Positions 40,012 through 50,432 of a stretch of 64,000 bases of DNA are shown here, piece by piece (positions within the stretch are counted from its first letter, which is position 1; each line of letters begins with the position of its first letter). The DNA is from Alphaproteobacteria bacterium (GTDB lineage: Bacteria; Pseudomonadota; Alphaproteobacteria; UBA3830). The stretch is from the NCBI GenBank assembly GCA_017649895.1, contig JAGCFW010000016.1:1-64000 (forward strand). The letters run 5' to 3'. The notes below the pieces were generated by a model, which saw only the letters and a program-made list of their open reading frames with translations, was not told the DNA's origin and searched no databases. The position numbers were made by a program, and so were the translations under genes.

Positions 40012-40938
40012 TTACAAATCTTTCAGCAAATCCAAAGATTCCAGAGAGTTAATGTTCACCAGTCGCATACTCGGGGAAATTCTTTTCACCAGTCCAGTTA
40101 AAACCTTTCCTGCTCCAACTTCGATGCATTGAGAAACTCCCTGCGCTTCGGCATATCTAATTGACTCGACCCATCTAACTCTGCCCGTGATTTGTTTTAA
40201 CAAAAGCTCTTTGAAATTCTCCGTTTCCGCTTGCGCCGTAACATTCGCAATAATCGGTTTCGATGGAGATTTGAACTCGACATCAGATAACACTTCTTCC
40301 AAAATTTTTACTGCCGGCTTCATTAGTTCACTGTGAAACGGACCGCTGACAGGAAGAATTACCGCCCTCTTTGCACCACGGATCTGAGAGATTTCCGTCG
40401 CTTTTTTTACGGCTTCTTCATGACCACTGACAACGATTTGTCCGACGGAATTATCATTCGCAATTTGCACCTTGGACGTCTCAGAACACGACTCCTTCAC
40501 GATTTCCTCGACTTGATCTAGGCTTAATCCCAAAATCGCTGCCATCGCTCCACCTGTAGGACAAGCTTCGGACATCGCTTTTCCTCTGGTTCGTAAAATT
40601 CTCGCCGTATCTCTCAACGAAAGCGCCCCCGCCGCGCACAGCGCCGTGTACTCTCCCAAAGAATGTCCCGCGAAATATTTTACTTTTTCAGAAAGATCGA
40701 ATCCGAATTCTTTTCTCATCACCTCGACGAACGCCATACTAACCGTCATCAACGCCGGCTGGGTATTTTCTGTCTTTTTTAAATCCTCTTCAGTTCCTTC
40801 GAAAATCAACTTCGATAAATTAAAAGAAATCGCGTCGTCAACTTCGTGGAAAACATTTCTTGCCGAAGAAAAACTGTCGTAGACATCTTTTCCCATTCCA
40901 ATTTTTTGAGAACCTTGTCCTGGAAATATAAAAATCAT
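40012..40938 (-). CDS. fabD: Malonyl-CoA:ACP transacylase
   Basis: GQGSQ and GHSLGEY motifs. Confidence 0.9.
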   Translation of the reverse strand: MIFIFPGQGSQKIGMGKDVYDSFSSARNVFHEVDDAISFNLSKLIFEGTEEDLKKTENTQPALMTVSMAFVEVMRKEFGFDLSEKVKYFAGHSLGEYTALCAAGALSLRDTARILRTRGKAMSEACPTGGAMAAILGLSLDQVEEIVKESCSETSKVQIANDNSVGQIVVSGHEEAVKKATEISQIRGAKRAVILPVSGPFHSELMKPAVKILEEVLSDVEFKSPSKPIIANVTAQAETENFKELLLKQITGRVRWVESIRYAEAQGVSQCIEVGAGKVLTGLVKRISPSMRLVNINSLESLDLLKDL

Positions 40939-40954
40939 TTCTTTTCCCTTTCAA

Positions 40955-41419
40955 TTACTTATTATACGGATGATTGTCCATTATCTTCTCAATGCGGTAA
41001 ATTTGCTCAACCAAAATCAATCGCGCCAACATGTGAGGCAGAGTGATTTTTCCTAGCGAAACTACACGATTACTCTGTTTTTTTACCGAAGAATGCAATC
41101 CGTCCGCCCCACCGATAAAAAACACAAAAGACGAATACCCCTCATTGGTTTTCTGCTCTATAAATTTTGCGAATTCATGACTTGTCAGAAGATCGCCCGT
41201 TTCGTCCATCGAAATCAAATACGAATTCTTCGGAACATCGGACAAAAGCAACTCTGCTTCAGCTTGCTTTACGAAATCTTCGGATGCGTTTTGTGATCTT
41301 TTGAATTCCAGCTCGTTTATCTTTATCTGATTATGAATCCGATTCTTGTAATCTTCGATCAGCTCAAATGTCGGAGATTTCTTCAATTTTCCAATTGCGT
41401 TTATTTGAAATTTAATCAT
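40955..41419 (-). CDS. rlmH: 23S rRNA (pseudouridine1915-N3)-methyltransferase RlmH
   Basis: 154-aa SPOUT fold. MIKFQINAIGKLKK... Confidence 0.85.
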   Translation of the reverse strand: MIKFQINAIGKLKKSPTFELIEDYKNRIHNQIKINELEFKRSQNASEDFVKQAEAELLLSDVPKNSYLISMDETGDLLTSHEFAKFIEQKTNEGYSSFVFFIGGADGLHSSVKKQSNRVVSLGKITLPHMLARLILVEQIYRIEKIMDNHPYNK

Positions 41420-42537
41420 TCTGCGTCAATCGATCGAGAACTAATTCCGCAAATTGCTTTACCTTGCTCATCGAACAAATAACAACGGTCACATCCGAAA
41501 AACAGACGAGCTCTTTCGCCGACTTGTTCCAGCACTGTTTTCTTTGATTTAGACATGATCTGGTAGCCGTCCTTGAGACATACATGGACGAATCCCTCAC
41601 CTCCCAAATTCTCAGCAAGGATGACCTCTCCCTCTAAACAGTTTCCGGAAACTTTCGCATTTTCGGCGACGACATCCAGATCTTCTGGGCGAACTCCCAT
41701 TAAGTACTTGGAACCCTTATTCAAATCTAATTTCTTATCGACAGAAACAACCTCTCCCGTCGCCAATTTAAAGTTGGACAAACTACCCTTACGTCCCTCA
41801 AAGGTCACCGGGAAAATATTCATCTTACTGGAACCTATAAACTGCGCAACAAATGCGTTTACCGGAGAATTATAAATCTCCAACGGAGAACCTTCCTGTT
41901 CGACAATACCGTCATGCATCACAACAATCTTATCAGCCAAAGTCATCGCTTCGGATTGATCATGAGTAACATAAACCATCGTAGTTTTCAGTTGAGCCTT
42001 CAACTTTGCAAGCTCATATCTCATTTGGCATCGCAAAGAATAATCCAAATTTGAAAGAGGTTCATCGAACAAGAAAGCGTAAGGATTACGAACGATCGCA
42101 CGGCCTATTGCAACTCTTTGCCTTTGCCCTCCAGAAAGCTCTTTCGGCTTGCGCTGCAAAAGATGATCGATCTTTAAAATTTTCGCGGCTTCCTCCACTC
42201 TTCTCCGAATTTCATCTTTCCTCAACTTGCGAACTTGGAGAGCAAAAGACATATTTTCGAAAACCGTCATATGCGGATAAAGAGCGTATGATTGAAAAAC
42301 CATTGCAATTCCGCGACTTGCTGGAGGAACGTCATTTACCAATCGATCGCCGATATATATCTCCCCCGAGTCTGCATCTTCTAAACCGCAGATCAACCGC
42401 AAAATCGTAGACTTTCCGCACCCGGAAGGACCAACCAACACCGTACATTGTCCATCTTCGATAGTTAAATCCACATTCCTTATTATGGGACTATCCTTGA
42501 AAGACTTATTTATTCCCCGTAATTCTATAGATGCCAT
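41416..42537 (-). CDS. ABC transporter ATP-binding protein (MalK/UgpC/PotA-like, with a C-terminal TOBE domain)
   Basis: GPSGCGKST, LSGGQRQRVAIGRA, LFDEPLSNLD. No permease or binding-protein genes adjacent. Confidence 0.8.
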   Translation of the reverse strand: MASIELRGINKSFKDSPIIRNVDLTIEDGQCTVLVGPSGCGKSTILRLICGLEDADSGEIYIGDRLVNDVPPASRGIAMVFQSYALYPHMTVFENMSFALQVRKLRKDEIRRRVEEAAKILKIDHLLQRKPKELSGGQRQRVAIGRAIVRNPYAFLFDEPLSNLDYSLRCQMRYELAKLKAQLKTTMVYVTHDQSEAMTLADKIVVMHDGIVEQEGSPLEIYNSPVNAFVAQFIGSSKMNIFPVTFEGRKGSLSNFKLATGEVVSVDKKLDLNKGSKYLMGVRPEDLDVVAENAKVSGNCLEGEVILAENLGGEGFVHVCLKDGYQIMSKSKKTVLEQVGERARLFFGCDRCYLFDEQGKAICGISSRSIDAE

Positions 42538-42549
42538 GTTCGTTCTTTT

Positions 42550-45204
42550 CTATTTCTCTTCAATTTTACTGTTCTCGATCAATCTAACTGCAGATACGAC
42601 TTTCTCGTCCTTACCAACCTTAAAGAAAATCACTCCCTGAGTAGCTCGACCTGTGATTCTCACACCTGAAACCGGACAACGAATCAACTTTCCGCCGTCA
42701 GTTATCAACATTACGTCGTCTTCTTCGTTCACCGGGAATACCGCGATGACTTTTCCATTCTTTGAACTCATATCCAGGTTTTTCACCCCTTGAGCTCCTC
42801 GACTCATGGTTCTGTATTCGAAAGACGAGGTCCTTTTCGCATACCCTTTTTCAGTTACGGTCATCAGGATTTGCTCCAGCTCTTTCATCTCTTCATATTT
42901 CGCCGGAGGATCCATTTTTTGCTCTAAATCAAGCTCCTCACCCGTACGCCTCAACCAATTGGAGTAGCGAACATATTCTTCCCTTTCCTCAACGGTAGAA
43001 GTTCCATTGTTCAGAACCGCCATAGAAATAACCTCGTCATCGCCAATCAACTTAATCGCACGAACTCCGACGGAATTTCTGCTGGAAAATACCCGTAGAG
43101 AATCTACCGGGAATCTGACACTCTTTCCAAGTTTGGTGGAAATCAAAATATCCATTCCCGCTTTGCAAAGAGAAACCGCGATCAATCTCTCATTTTCAAG
43201 CTTCATTGCGATCTTTCCCTTGGAATTGATATTCGCAAAAACGCTCAAATTATTCCGCCTAATCGTTCCTCGTGAAGTCGCCAACACGACATCGTAATCA
43301 TCCCAAGTCGACGGATCATCCGGCAAAGCCAGAGCCGTGGCTAAAGATTCATCCGCCTTGGTCGGGAATAAATTCACGAGAGCCTTTCCTTTCGACTGCG
43401 GAGTTCCCAAAGGCAATTTGTAAACCTTCATCTGATAAACCATACCAGTCGTCGAGAAAAATAACACCGGAGTATGGGTATTCGCAACAAAGACATCCTG
43501 GACGAAATCTTCATCCTTAGTTGTCATACCAGTCTTCCCCTTACCTCCTCGATTCTGCGCGCGGTAGGTATTCAAAGGAACTCTCTTTATGTATCCACTG
43601 TGACTGATGGTTACAACCATGTCCTCTTTCTGAATGAAATCTTCATCATCAAGATCAACACTGTTTTCCTCAATGGTAGTCAGTCGCGGAGTCGCAAACT
43701 CATTGCGAACTTCAATCAACTCAGTCCGAACTATCTCCATAACTCTCGCACGCGAAGCCAAGATGCTCAAAAGATCCTTAATTCGATCGGAAAGTTGATT
43801 CAATTCATCGGAAATCTTCGTTCTCTCCAATCCCGTCAATCTGTGCAACTTCAAATCCAAAATCGCCTGAGCTTGAACTTCTGTAAGTCGACATTTTCCA
43901 TTGGAATAAATACTGTTTGGATCATCAACCAATTTAATCAACGGCTCGATTTCTGCAGCATCCCAATCCTTACTCATCAAAGTCACCTTTGCCGAACTCG
44001 GATCTTCACTGGCTTTGATAATACGAATTACCTCATCGATATTTGCAACGGCAATCGCCAATCCGATCAATACGTGGGCTCTGTCCCTGGTCTTCCCTAG
44101 ATTGAAGCGTGTCCTGCGAACAACAACCTCCGTCCTGAACTCAACGAAAGCCTGCAAAATTTCGATCAAACCCATCAATTTCGGACGACCATTATGCAAC
44201 GCAAGCATGTTAATTCCGAAGGACGACTGCATCGGAGTAGCTCTGTAGAGCTGGTTCAACACAACATCGGCATTAACATCTCTCTTCAGCTCGATAACAA
44301 CTCGCACTCCGTCCTTATCCGATTCATCTCTTATGTCAGAAATTCCTTCTATAACCTTTTCATTCACCAAAGATGCGATTTTTTCTATCATCTTCGCCTT
44401 ATTAACCTGATAAGGTATCTCGGTAGCGACTATCGCCTCACGATCTTTGCGAATCTTTTCTATATGCGTCTTTGCTCGAATAGTAATAGAACCCCGTCCA
44501 GTCTTAAATCCGGAAACAATTCCTCCCTTCCCGAGAATAATACCTCCCGTTGGAAAATCTGGTCCCGGCAACACCGCCATTATTTCTTCCAATGTCGCTT
44601 CCGGATTATCGATCAACAGCACACAAGCATCTATAACCTCCCCCAGGTTATGAGACGGAACATTGGTCGCCATACCTACGGCAATACCGCTGGCTCCGTT
44701 CACCAAAAAGTTCGGGAATCTGGCCGGCAACAAAACAGGCTCTTTCTCCAATCCGTCATAGTTCGGTTGAAAATCGACCGTATCCAAATACAAATCTTCT
44801 GTCAGTTTGTGAGCAACTTTAGTTAATCGAGCCTCTGTATAACGACTTGCCGCAGCAGAGTCACCATCCATCGACCCGAAGTTACCTTGACCATTTACAA
44901 GGGGAACTCTCATTGAAAACGGCTGTGCCATGCGAACCATGGTTTCATATATCGCCGAATCTCCATGAGGATGGTATTTACCCATAACATCACCGACAAT
45001 ACGGGCTGATTTGCGAAACGGCTTGTTATAATCATTCCCGCACTCTGTCATACTGAAAACAATACGACGGTGCACAGGTTTTAAACCATCTCTCACATCA
45101 GGCAACGCACGTGCAACGATAACGCTCATGGCATAATCCAGATAGGAGCGTTTCATCTCCTCATCAAGACTGACCGGAACAATGTCCTCGTTTTCCACAC
45201 TCAA
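42550..45204 (-). CDS. gyrA: DNA gyrase subunit A
   Basis: 884 aa. N-terminal ...[15 protein letters not shown]..., an active-site Tyr region, and C-terminal beta-pinwheel repeats. Confidence 0.95.
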   Translation of the reverse strand: MSVENEDIVPVSLDEEMKRSYLDYAMSVIVARALPDVRDGLKPVHRRIVFSMTECGNDYNKPFRKSARIVGDVMGKYHPHGDSAIYETMVRMAQPFSMRVPLVNGQGNFGSMDGDSAAASRYTEARLTKVAHKLTEDLYLDTVDFQPNYDGLEKEPVLLPARFPNFLVNGASGIAVGMATNVPSHNLGEVIDACVLLIDNPEATLEEIMAVLPGPDFPTGGIILGKGGIVSGFKTGRGSITIRAKTHIEKIRKDREAIVATEIPYQVNKAKMIEKIASLVNEKVIEGISDIRDESDKDGVRVVIELKRDVNADVVLNQLYRATPMQSSFGINMLALHNGRPKLMGLIEILQAFVEFRTEVVVRRTRFNLGKTRDRAHVLIGLAIAVANIDEVIRIIKASEDPSSAKVTLMSKDWDAAEIEPLIKLVDDPNSIYSNGKCRLTEVQAQAILDLKLHRLTGLERTKISDELNQLSDRIKDLLSILASRARVMEIVRTELIEVRNEFATPRLTTIEENSVDLDDEDFIQKEDMVVTISHSGYIKRVPLNTYRAQNRGGKGKTGMTTKDEDFVQDVFVANTHTPVLFFSTTGMVYQMKVYKLPLGTPQSKGKALVNLFPTKADESLATALALPDDPSTWDDYDVVLATSRGTIRRNNLSVFANINSKGKIAMKLENERLIAVSLCKAGMDILISTKLGKSVRFPVDSLRVFSSRNSVGVRAIKLIGDDEVISMAVLNNGTSTVEEREEYVRYSNWLRRTGEELDLEQKMDPPAKYEEMKELEQILMTVTEKGYAKRTSSFEYRTMSRGAQGVKNLDMSSKNGKVIAVFPVNEEDDVMLITDGGKLIRCPVSGVRITGRATQGVIFFKVGKDEKVVSAVRLIENSKIEEK

Positions 45205-45234
45205 AAGAACTCTCCCAAATACAACAAAAACTGA

Positions 45235-45672
45235 TTAAAACGGAATATCGTCATCTATTCCCGCCGGTGATTGATCTGAACTCATGTCCGAAGGAATATC
45301 TGCAGCGTCGTCACTGCCGCCTCTGGAATCCAGCAACGCTAGCTCACCCTTAAAGCGAGGAATTATTATCTCCGTAGTGAATCGCTCGATTCCGTCCTTA
45401 TCTTGCCATCTCCTGGTCTGAAGCTGCCCCTCAACGTAAATCTTAGATCCTTTTCTCAAATATTTTTCGCAAACTTCAGCCAAATTCGGATTGAAAACGA
45501 CAACCCTATGCCATTCCGTACGATCTTTTCTTTCTCCCGTAGTTCTATCTTTCCAAGATTCCGTCGTAGCGATGGAAAAACTCACTATTTTGCTACCGTC
45601 CTGACCTGATCTGACTTCCGGATCCCTTCCCAAGTTCCCCAATAAAGTCACCTTATTGATACTTCCAGCCAT
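45235..45672 (-). CDS. ssb: Single-stranded DNA-binding protein
   Basis: MAGSINKVTLLGNLGRDPEVR... with a C-terminal DDDIPF tail. The track ORF start at 45831 would overlap tRNA-Val, so the internal ATG at 45672 is preferred. Confidence 0.85.
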   Translation of the reverse strand: MAGSINKVTLLGNLGRDPEVRSGQDGSKIVSFSIATTESWKDRTTGERKDRTEWHRVVVFNPNLAEVCEKYLRKGSKIYVEGQLQTRRWQDKDGIERFTTEIIIPRFKGELALLDSRGGSDDAADIPSDMSSDQSPAGIDDDIPF

Positions 45673-45781
45673 GAAACACCCATCTACATAAACTCTGAAT
45701 ATTATATGGATGATATCTAAAAATTTCAACCTTCCCTTAACCTTTTGTAAACTATTTCGCAGTACTGTTAAAAATTTACTA

Positions 45782-45810
45782 TTGCTAAAAAATTTTAAAG
45801 GGTGTATAAG
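45782..45810 (+). promoter_or_regulatory. Sigma70-like promoter candidate for tRNA-Val/accBC
   Basis: TTGCTA-17 nt-TATAAG, about 13 nt upstream of the tRNA 5' end. Confidence 0.35.
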
Positions 45811-45823
45811 ATTCCCAGAGTTT

Positions 45824-45898
45824 GGGCACATAGCTCAGAGGTAGAGCACTACGTTGACATCGTAGTGGTCGTAGGTTCGATCCCTGCTGTGCCCACCA
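45824..45898 (+). tRNA. tRNA-Val (anticodon GAC)
   Basis: GGGCACATAGCTCAGAGGTAGAGCACTACGTTGACATCGTAGTGGTCGTAGGTTCGATCCCTGCTGTGCCCACCA. Clean cloverleaf, anticodon loop TTGACAT, CCA encoded. Confidence 0.85.
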
Positions 45899-45934
45899 TT
45901 AGTTTTTTTGGCAACACCAAGGAAAGGGTTTAAG

Positions 45935-46411
45935 TTGGCTCCTCAAGTAAAGATAGATACAGAAGCTGTTCGCGCTCTTGCAGAGCTTCTGAGGGAAACT
46001 GATCTGACGGAAATTGAATATCAGGAAAATTCGACAAGGATAAAAGTTTTGAGAACTGTTCAGCAAGCGGTCATTCCGGTTGCGGCGGCTCAGGCTCCGG
46101 CGCAGAATGTTGCGACCGGAACTGCGGAACCAAATTCATCCGCAGGAGAATCAGGAAAAGACGATTGGTCCAATCATCCGGGGGTGGTTGAAGCACAGAT
46201 GGTCGGAACGGTTTATCTGGCTCCGGGACCTTCTGCTGATCCTTTCATTACCTTAGGAAGCAAAGTCGAGGAAGGTCAGACTTTGTTCATTATAGAGGCA
46301 ATGAAAGTGATGAATATGATAAAAGCCCCGAAATCGGGAACTGTTAAACATATTTTTGTAAAGGACGCCCAGCCTGTAGAATACGGTGATCCTATAATTG
46401 TAATTGAGTAG
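45935..46411 (+). CDS. accB: Biotin carboxyl carrier protein of acetyl-CoA carboxylase
   Basis: Biotinyl-lysine motif EAMKVMN. The track start at 45908 (TTG) lies 10 nt after the tRNA. The TTG at 45935, preceded by AAGGAAAGGG, looks more likely. Confidence 0.85.
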   Translation: MAPQVKIDTEAVRALAELLRETDLTEIEYQENSTRIKVLRTVQQAVIPVAAAQAPAQNVATGTAEPNSSAGESGKDDWSNHPGVVEAQMVGTVYLAPGPSADPFITLGSKVEEGQTLFIIEAMKVMNMIKAPKSGTVKHIFVKDAQPVEYGDPIIVIE

Positions 46412-46429
46412 TTAAGTAGTCGTAGTTGA

Positions 46430-47785
46430 TTGTCCATGATAAAGAAGATACTGATTGCCAACAGAGGTGAGATCGCTCTTAGGATTTTACGAGCGTGCAA
46501 GGATCTGGGAATTAAGACAGTAGCAGTGCACTCCACTGCAGATGCGGATGCGATGCATGTGAGATTGGCAGACGAAAGTGTTTGTATCGGCCCTGCTTCT
46601 CCAAGAGAAAGCTATCTGAATATTCCCGCAATTATTTCTGCTGCTTGCATCACCGGAGCAGATGCGGTTCACCCGGGTTTCGGATTTTTAAGCGAAAACC
46701 CGACTTTTGCTCACATGGTGGAAGAACATGGTTTGATTTTTATCGGACCTAAAGCTGATCACATCGTTATGATGGGCGACAAAATTATGGCAAAAAAGAC
46801 GGTTTCTCGTCTTGGCTTGCCGACAGTTCCAGGATCAGATGGTGCTCTAACTAAGTTGGATAAAGCAATCAAGCTCGCCGATGACATGGGATATCCTGTT
46901 CTGATAAAAGCTGCTGGCGGTGGCGGCGGAAGAGGAATGAAGGTCGCAAGATCAAGTGAAGAATTCGTCGAAGCCTACGAAACAGCACGAAGAGAAGCTG
47001 GGATTTCTTTTGGTAATGACGTGGTGTATCTGGAGAAATATCTGGAAAATCCGAAACACATTGAGTTCCAAGTCATTGCTGATCAATACGGGAACGCTGT
47101 TCATTTGGGAGAGCGTGATTGCTCGATGCAAAGACGCAACCAAAAAGTTTGGGAAGAAGCACCGAGTATGGTATTGTCTTCGGAATTCCGAAATGAGTTC
47201 GGCAGAAAAATTGCGAAAGCCATATCCGAGATGGGATATGTTGGCGTCGGCACATTAGAATTTCTGTATGAAAACGGTCAACTGTATTTTATTGAGATGA
47301 ACACCCGTATTCAGGTCGAACACCCTATAACCGAGATGATTACCGGAATCGACATCGTACGCGAGCAAATATTGATCGCGGATGGCCAAAAGTTATCTTT
47401 TACACAGGACGATGTGACGTTCACGGGCCATGCGATTGAATGTAGAATCAATGCGGAGAATCCGGATACCTATATCCCGTCCGCAGGAACAGTGGCAAAA
47501 TATCATTGTCCGGGAGGTCCTGGAGTAAGAGTCGACAGTTTCATATACGAGGGGTACAAGATTCCACCGTATTATGACAGCTTAATCGCAAAGTTGATTA
47601 TCCATGGAAAAGATCGTCAGCAATGTTTGGCGAGATTGCGCAGAGCTTTAAATGAATATGTTATCAGTGGAATTGACACCTTGATTCCCTTGCATTTACG
47701 TCTTGCAAATGATCCGCGCGTCATTGACGGAAACTTCAATATACATTTTTTGGAGAGCTTTTCTGAGGGGCTAAAACTGGAATAA
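46430..47785 (+). CDS. accC: Acetyl-CoA carboxylase biotin carboxylase subunit
   Basis: 451 aa. [16 protein letters not shown]-grasp motifs, [14 protein letters not shown]. Confidence 0.95.
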   Translation: MSMIKKILIANRGEIALRILRACKDLGIKTVAVHSTADADAMHVRLADESVCIGPASPRESYLNIPAIISAACITGADAVHPGFGFLSENPTFAHMVEEHGLIFIGPKADHIVMMGDKIMAKKTVSRLGLPTVPGSDGALTKLDKAIKLADDMGYPVLIKAAGGGGGRGMKVARSSEEFVEAYETARREAGISFGNDVVYLEKYLENPKHIEFQVIADQYGNAVHLGERDCSMQRRNQKVWEEAPSMVLSSEFRNEFGRKIAKAISEMGYVGVGTLEFLYENGQLYFIEMNTRIQVEHPITEMITGIDIVREQILIADGQKLSFTQDDVTFTGHAIECRINAENPDTYIPSAGTVAKYHCPGGPGVRVDSFIYEGYKIPPYYDSLIAKLIIHGKDRQQCLARLRRALNEYVISGIDTLIPLHLRLANDPRVIDGNFNIHFLESFSEGLKLE

Positions 47786-48119
47786 TTTTATTATTTTTCA
47801 ATTTGTTATATTTGTAGTATTTTATTGGCTTTTTATGATATATATCAGAAAAAGTTATGACATTTGTTTACAGTTATCCATTAATCATATATACTGCCTT
47901 TAGTGGTTGTTTGGACCATATAGGTTTTTGTTCTGCGAAAGTTGAACTGATTTGTTTTCGCAGATTTGATTGGACGGAATGTTTAAAAGGGTGTTATGCC
48001 TGTTTTGGAGTTAAAAATTTTCAGGATATTGTTTCGATCGGGCGAAGCTGCGCGGGCTGTACCGAAGGCAGGCGACTCGCGTTACAATCAAAGACTTTTG
48101 AATATTCCTACTCAGAGTT

Positions 48120-50432
48120 ATGGAGAAGAATATGTCAAAAGATATGCTCATAGATTCGGCGCATGCTGAAGAGATCCGAATTGCGGTTGTTGATGACGGA
48201 AAGTTAGACAAATTCGATTTTGAGACTCGCTCGAAAGTCAGAGTCAAGGGAAATATATATCTGGCAAAAGTCATCCGTGTGGAGCCTTCGTTGCAAGCAG
48301 CTTTTATCGATTATGGAGGAAATCGCCACGGGTTCCTGAGTTTCAGCGAAATTCATTACGATTATTTTCAAATTCCGGTAAGCGACCGTCAGGAATTGGA
48401 AGCTCACTTACAAAATGCCATTGCCGCTTATGTTGAGGAAACGGGAAAAACAGCCGAAGAAATGGATGCCCGAGAAATTTCAAGGCTTCGTTACCAATTT
48501 TATCGACGCTACAAAATCCAAGAAGTCATCAAAAAACGGCAAATAATGCTCGTTCAGGTTACAAAAGAAGAAAGGGGAAACAAGGGAGCAGCCCTTACCA
48601 CTTATATATCTCTGGCCGGAAGGTATTGTGTTCTTATGCCAAATACATCGAAAGGCAGCGGGGTTTCCAGAAAGATTACAAATCGAAGTGACCGCGAAAA
48701 ATTAAAGAAGATAGTTTCGGAGCTACACATTGATAATGGAAGCACTGTCATTCGTACTGCAGGCATAGGACACACAAAAACCGAAATAAAAAAGGATTTC
48801 GCTTATCTGAAAAATATTTGGGATGAAATTCGCGAGACGACACTTAAATCTTCTGCTCCGTGTTTGATTCACGAGGAAGCGGGCGTTATCAAGAGATCCT
48901 TGCGAGATATGTACTCAAAAGAAATCGATTCTGTTGTGGTAGAGGGAGAAGCCGGCTATAAAACCGCAAAAAGTTTCATGAAGAAACTAATGCCTAGCCA
49001 TTCCAGAAAAGTTAAATTATACAACGACAAGAATGTCCCTTTGTTCAGCAAATATAAGCTAAACGAACAAATAAATCAGATTTATTCAACGAGGGTCGAT
49101 TTGCCTTCGGGAGGATATTTGGTCATCAATAACACCGAAGCCCTAATTTCCATCGATGTTAACTCCGGAAGATCCACCAGAGAAAGAAATATTGCAGGAA
49201 CTGCATTGAAAACCAATCTGGAAGCAGCACATGAGATCGCCCGTCAATGCCGTTTGAGAGATCTTGCTGGATTAATCGTCGTTGATTTTATCGATATGGA
49301 AGAAAAAAGAAACAATATCCAGGTAGAAAGATGCATGCGTGAGTCTTTGAAAAGCGATAAAGCGAAGATTCAGGTGGGAAACATAAGCAATTTCGGATTG
49401 TTGGAATTTTCACGCCAAAGGTTACGTTCCAGTATTGCCGATGCCAACATGATCGTGTGCCCTCACTGCCGAGGAACGGGTTTCATGTGGTCAGAAGAAT
49501 CCATGGCGATTCAGGTACTGAGAAAAATCGAAGAGGCTTGCATCGCTTCAGAGTTCAAGGAGATTATCGTCACCCTCTCCCCTATTATTGCTCTGTATAT
49601 ATTGAATAACAAGCGATCTTTTATTTCTGCAATAGAATCTCGAGGAAGTTTGAAAATTACTTTCAACACCGATCATCGTATCGCAACAAATGACTTCAAA
49701 ATCGAGCAGATTTTCAAGCCTCAGCCGATAATTTTTGATGATGACGAGAGTACCGAAGCAGAGGAGAAAAAAGGGTCGACTGAGAAAACTTTTAGCAAAA
49801 AATTGTCTGGAAAAAAATCAGAAATCAAGAAAGATGATTCATCAGAAGTTTCTGAGGGAAAATCTGCTCAAAAGAGAAGAAGCAACAAATCCCGCTCAAA
49901 CGAGAAAAAGACGGAGCAAGAAACTGATTCAGGGAATACTACTGAGCAAGAATCATCGGATAAATCTGCACCAACCACCCGTAAAATAGCTAAACGTTCC
50001 AATATTAAGGACAGGAAAAGGTTTCGCAAAACGGATGTCAGCGCATCAACAGAAAAGTCAGAAAAAATTGCTGAATCTAGTGAAAAATCAAACAAGAGAG
50101 CTAAGCGAGCCGAAAAGCCAGCAAAAAAGACAAAAGCAAATACAGAAAAAGAATCAGCCAAAACTGCGGAATCGAGAGAGCTTTCTGAGGATAATTCACA
50201 GAAACAAACTTCTACTCCGGAAATTCCTGAGTTAAAAGAAGGAAAGGTTGATTTTCAGGCCCCAATAGAAGTAACTGAGTATCAACAGGAAATTGTTTCC
50301 AGGGTTATGCAAACCTATCAAAAGAAAGAGTTGAAAAATTCCAGCATTTCTCCCAATTCCAGCAAAAAAAAGAGTGGTTGGTGGCAGAAATTGTTGAAGA
50401 AGCCGCAAAATAAGCCATTGGAGAACTCATGA
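48120..50432 (+). CDS. rne: Ribonuclease E/G family endoribonuclease (catalytic N-terminal domain plus a basic low-complexity tail)
   Basis: 770 aa. S1 domain at the N-terminus, DNase-I-like region, Zn-link CPHCRGTG, and a K/E/S-rich C-terminus. Preceded by a 334-nt leader. Confidence 0.85.
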   Translation: MEKNMSKDMLIDSAHAEEIRIAVVDDGKLDKFDFETRSKVRVKGNIYLAKVIRVEPSLQAAFIDYGGNRHGFLSFSEIHYDYFQIPVSDRQELEAHLQNAIAAYVEETGKTAEEMDAREISRLRYQFYRRYKIQEVIKKRQIMLVQVTKEERGNKGAALTTYISLAGRYCVLMPNTSKGSGVSRKITNRSDREKLKKIVSELHIDNGSTVIRTAGIGHTKTEIKKDFAYLKNIWDEIRETTLKSSAPCLIHEEAGVIKRSLRDMYSKEIDSVVVEGEAGYKTAKSFMKKLMPSHSRKVKLYNDKNVPLFSKYKLNEQINQIYSTRVDLPSGGYLVINNTEALISIDVNSGRSTRERNIAGTALKTNLEAAHEIARQCRLRDLAGLIVVDFIDMEEKRNNIQVERCMRESLKSDKAKIQVGNISNFGLLEFSRQRLRSSIADANMIVCPHCRGTGFMWSEESMAIQVLRKIEEACIASEFKEIIVTLSPIIALYILNNKRSFISAIESRGSLKITFNTDHRIATNDFKIEQIFKPQPIIFDDDESTEAEEKKGSTEKTFSKKLSGKKSEIKKDDSSEVSEGKSAQKRRSNKSRSNEKKTEQETDSGNTTEQESSDKSAPTTRKIAKRSNIKDRKRFRKTDVSASTEKSEKIAESSEKSNKRAKRAEKPAKKTKANTEKESAKTAESRELSEDNSQKQTSTPEIPELKEGKVDFQAPIEVTEYQQEIVSRVMQTYQKKELKNSSISPNSSKKKSGWWQKLLKKPQNKPLENS

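Noticed and set aside
43474-44826. Two plus-strand ORFs of about 210 aa each inside gyrA
   Set aside because: Antisense to gyrA, with low-complexity translations.
45673-45823. Origin of replication at the minus-to-plus strand switch between ssb and tRNA-Val
   Set aside because: No DnaA-box-like TTATCCACA or TGTGGATAA motifs were seen. Polarity switches also occur at 6.0 kb and 57.2 kb. Gene-orientation evidence alone is insufficient.
45673-45831. Extended N-terminus of ssb (track start at 45831)
   Set aside because: It would overlap tRNA-Val on the opposite strand and adds 53 non-SSB-like residues. The internal ATG at 45672 gives the canonical MAGSINKVTLLGN start.
47857-48153. 98-aa ORF upstream of and overlapping the rne start
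   Set aside because: Lies in the expected rne leader. Cys-rich translation with no family resemblance.
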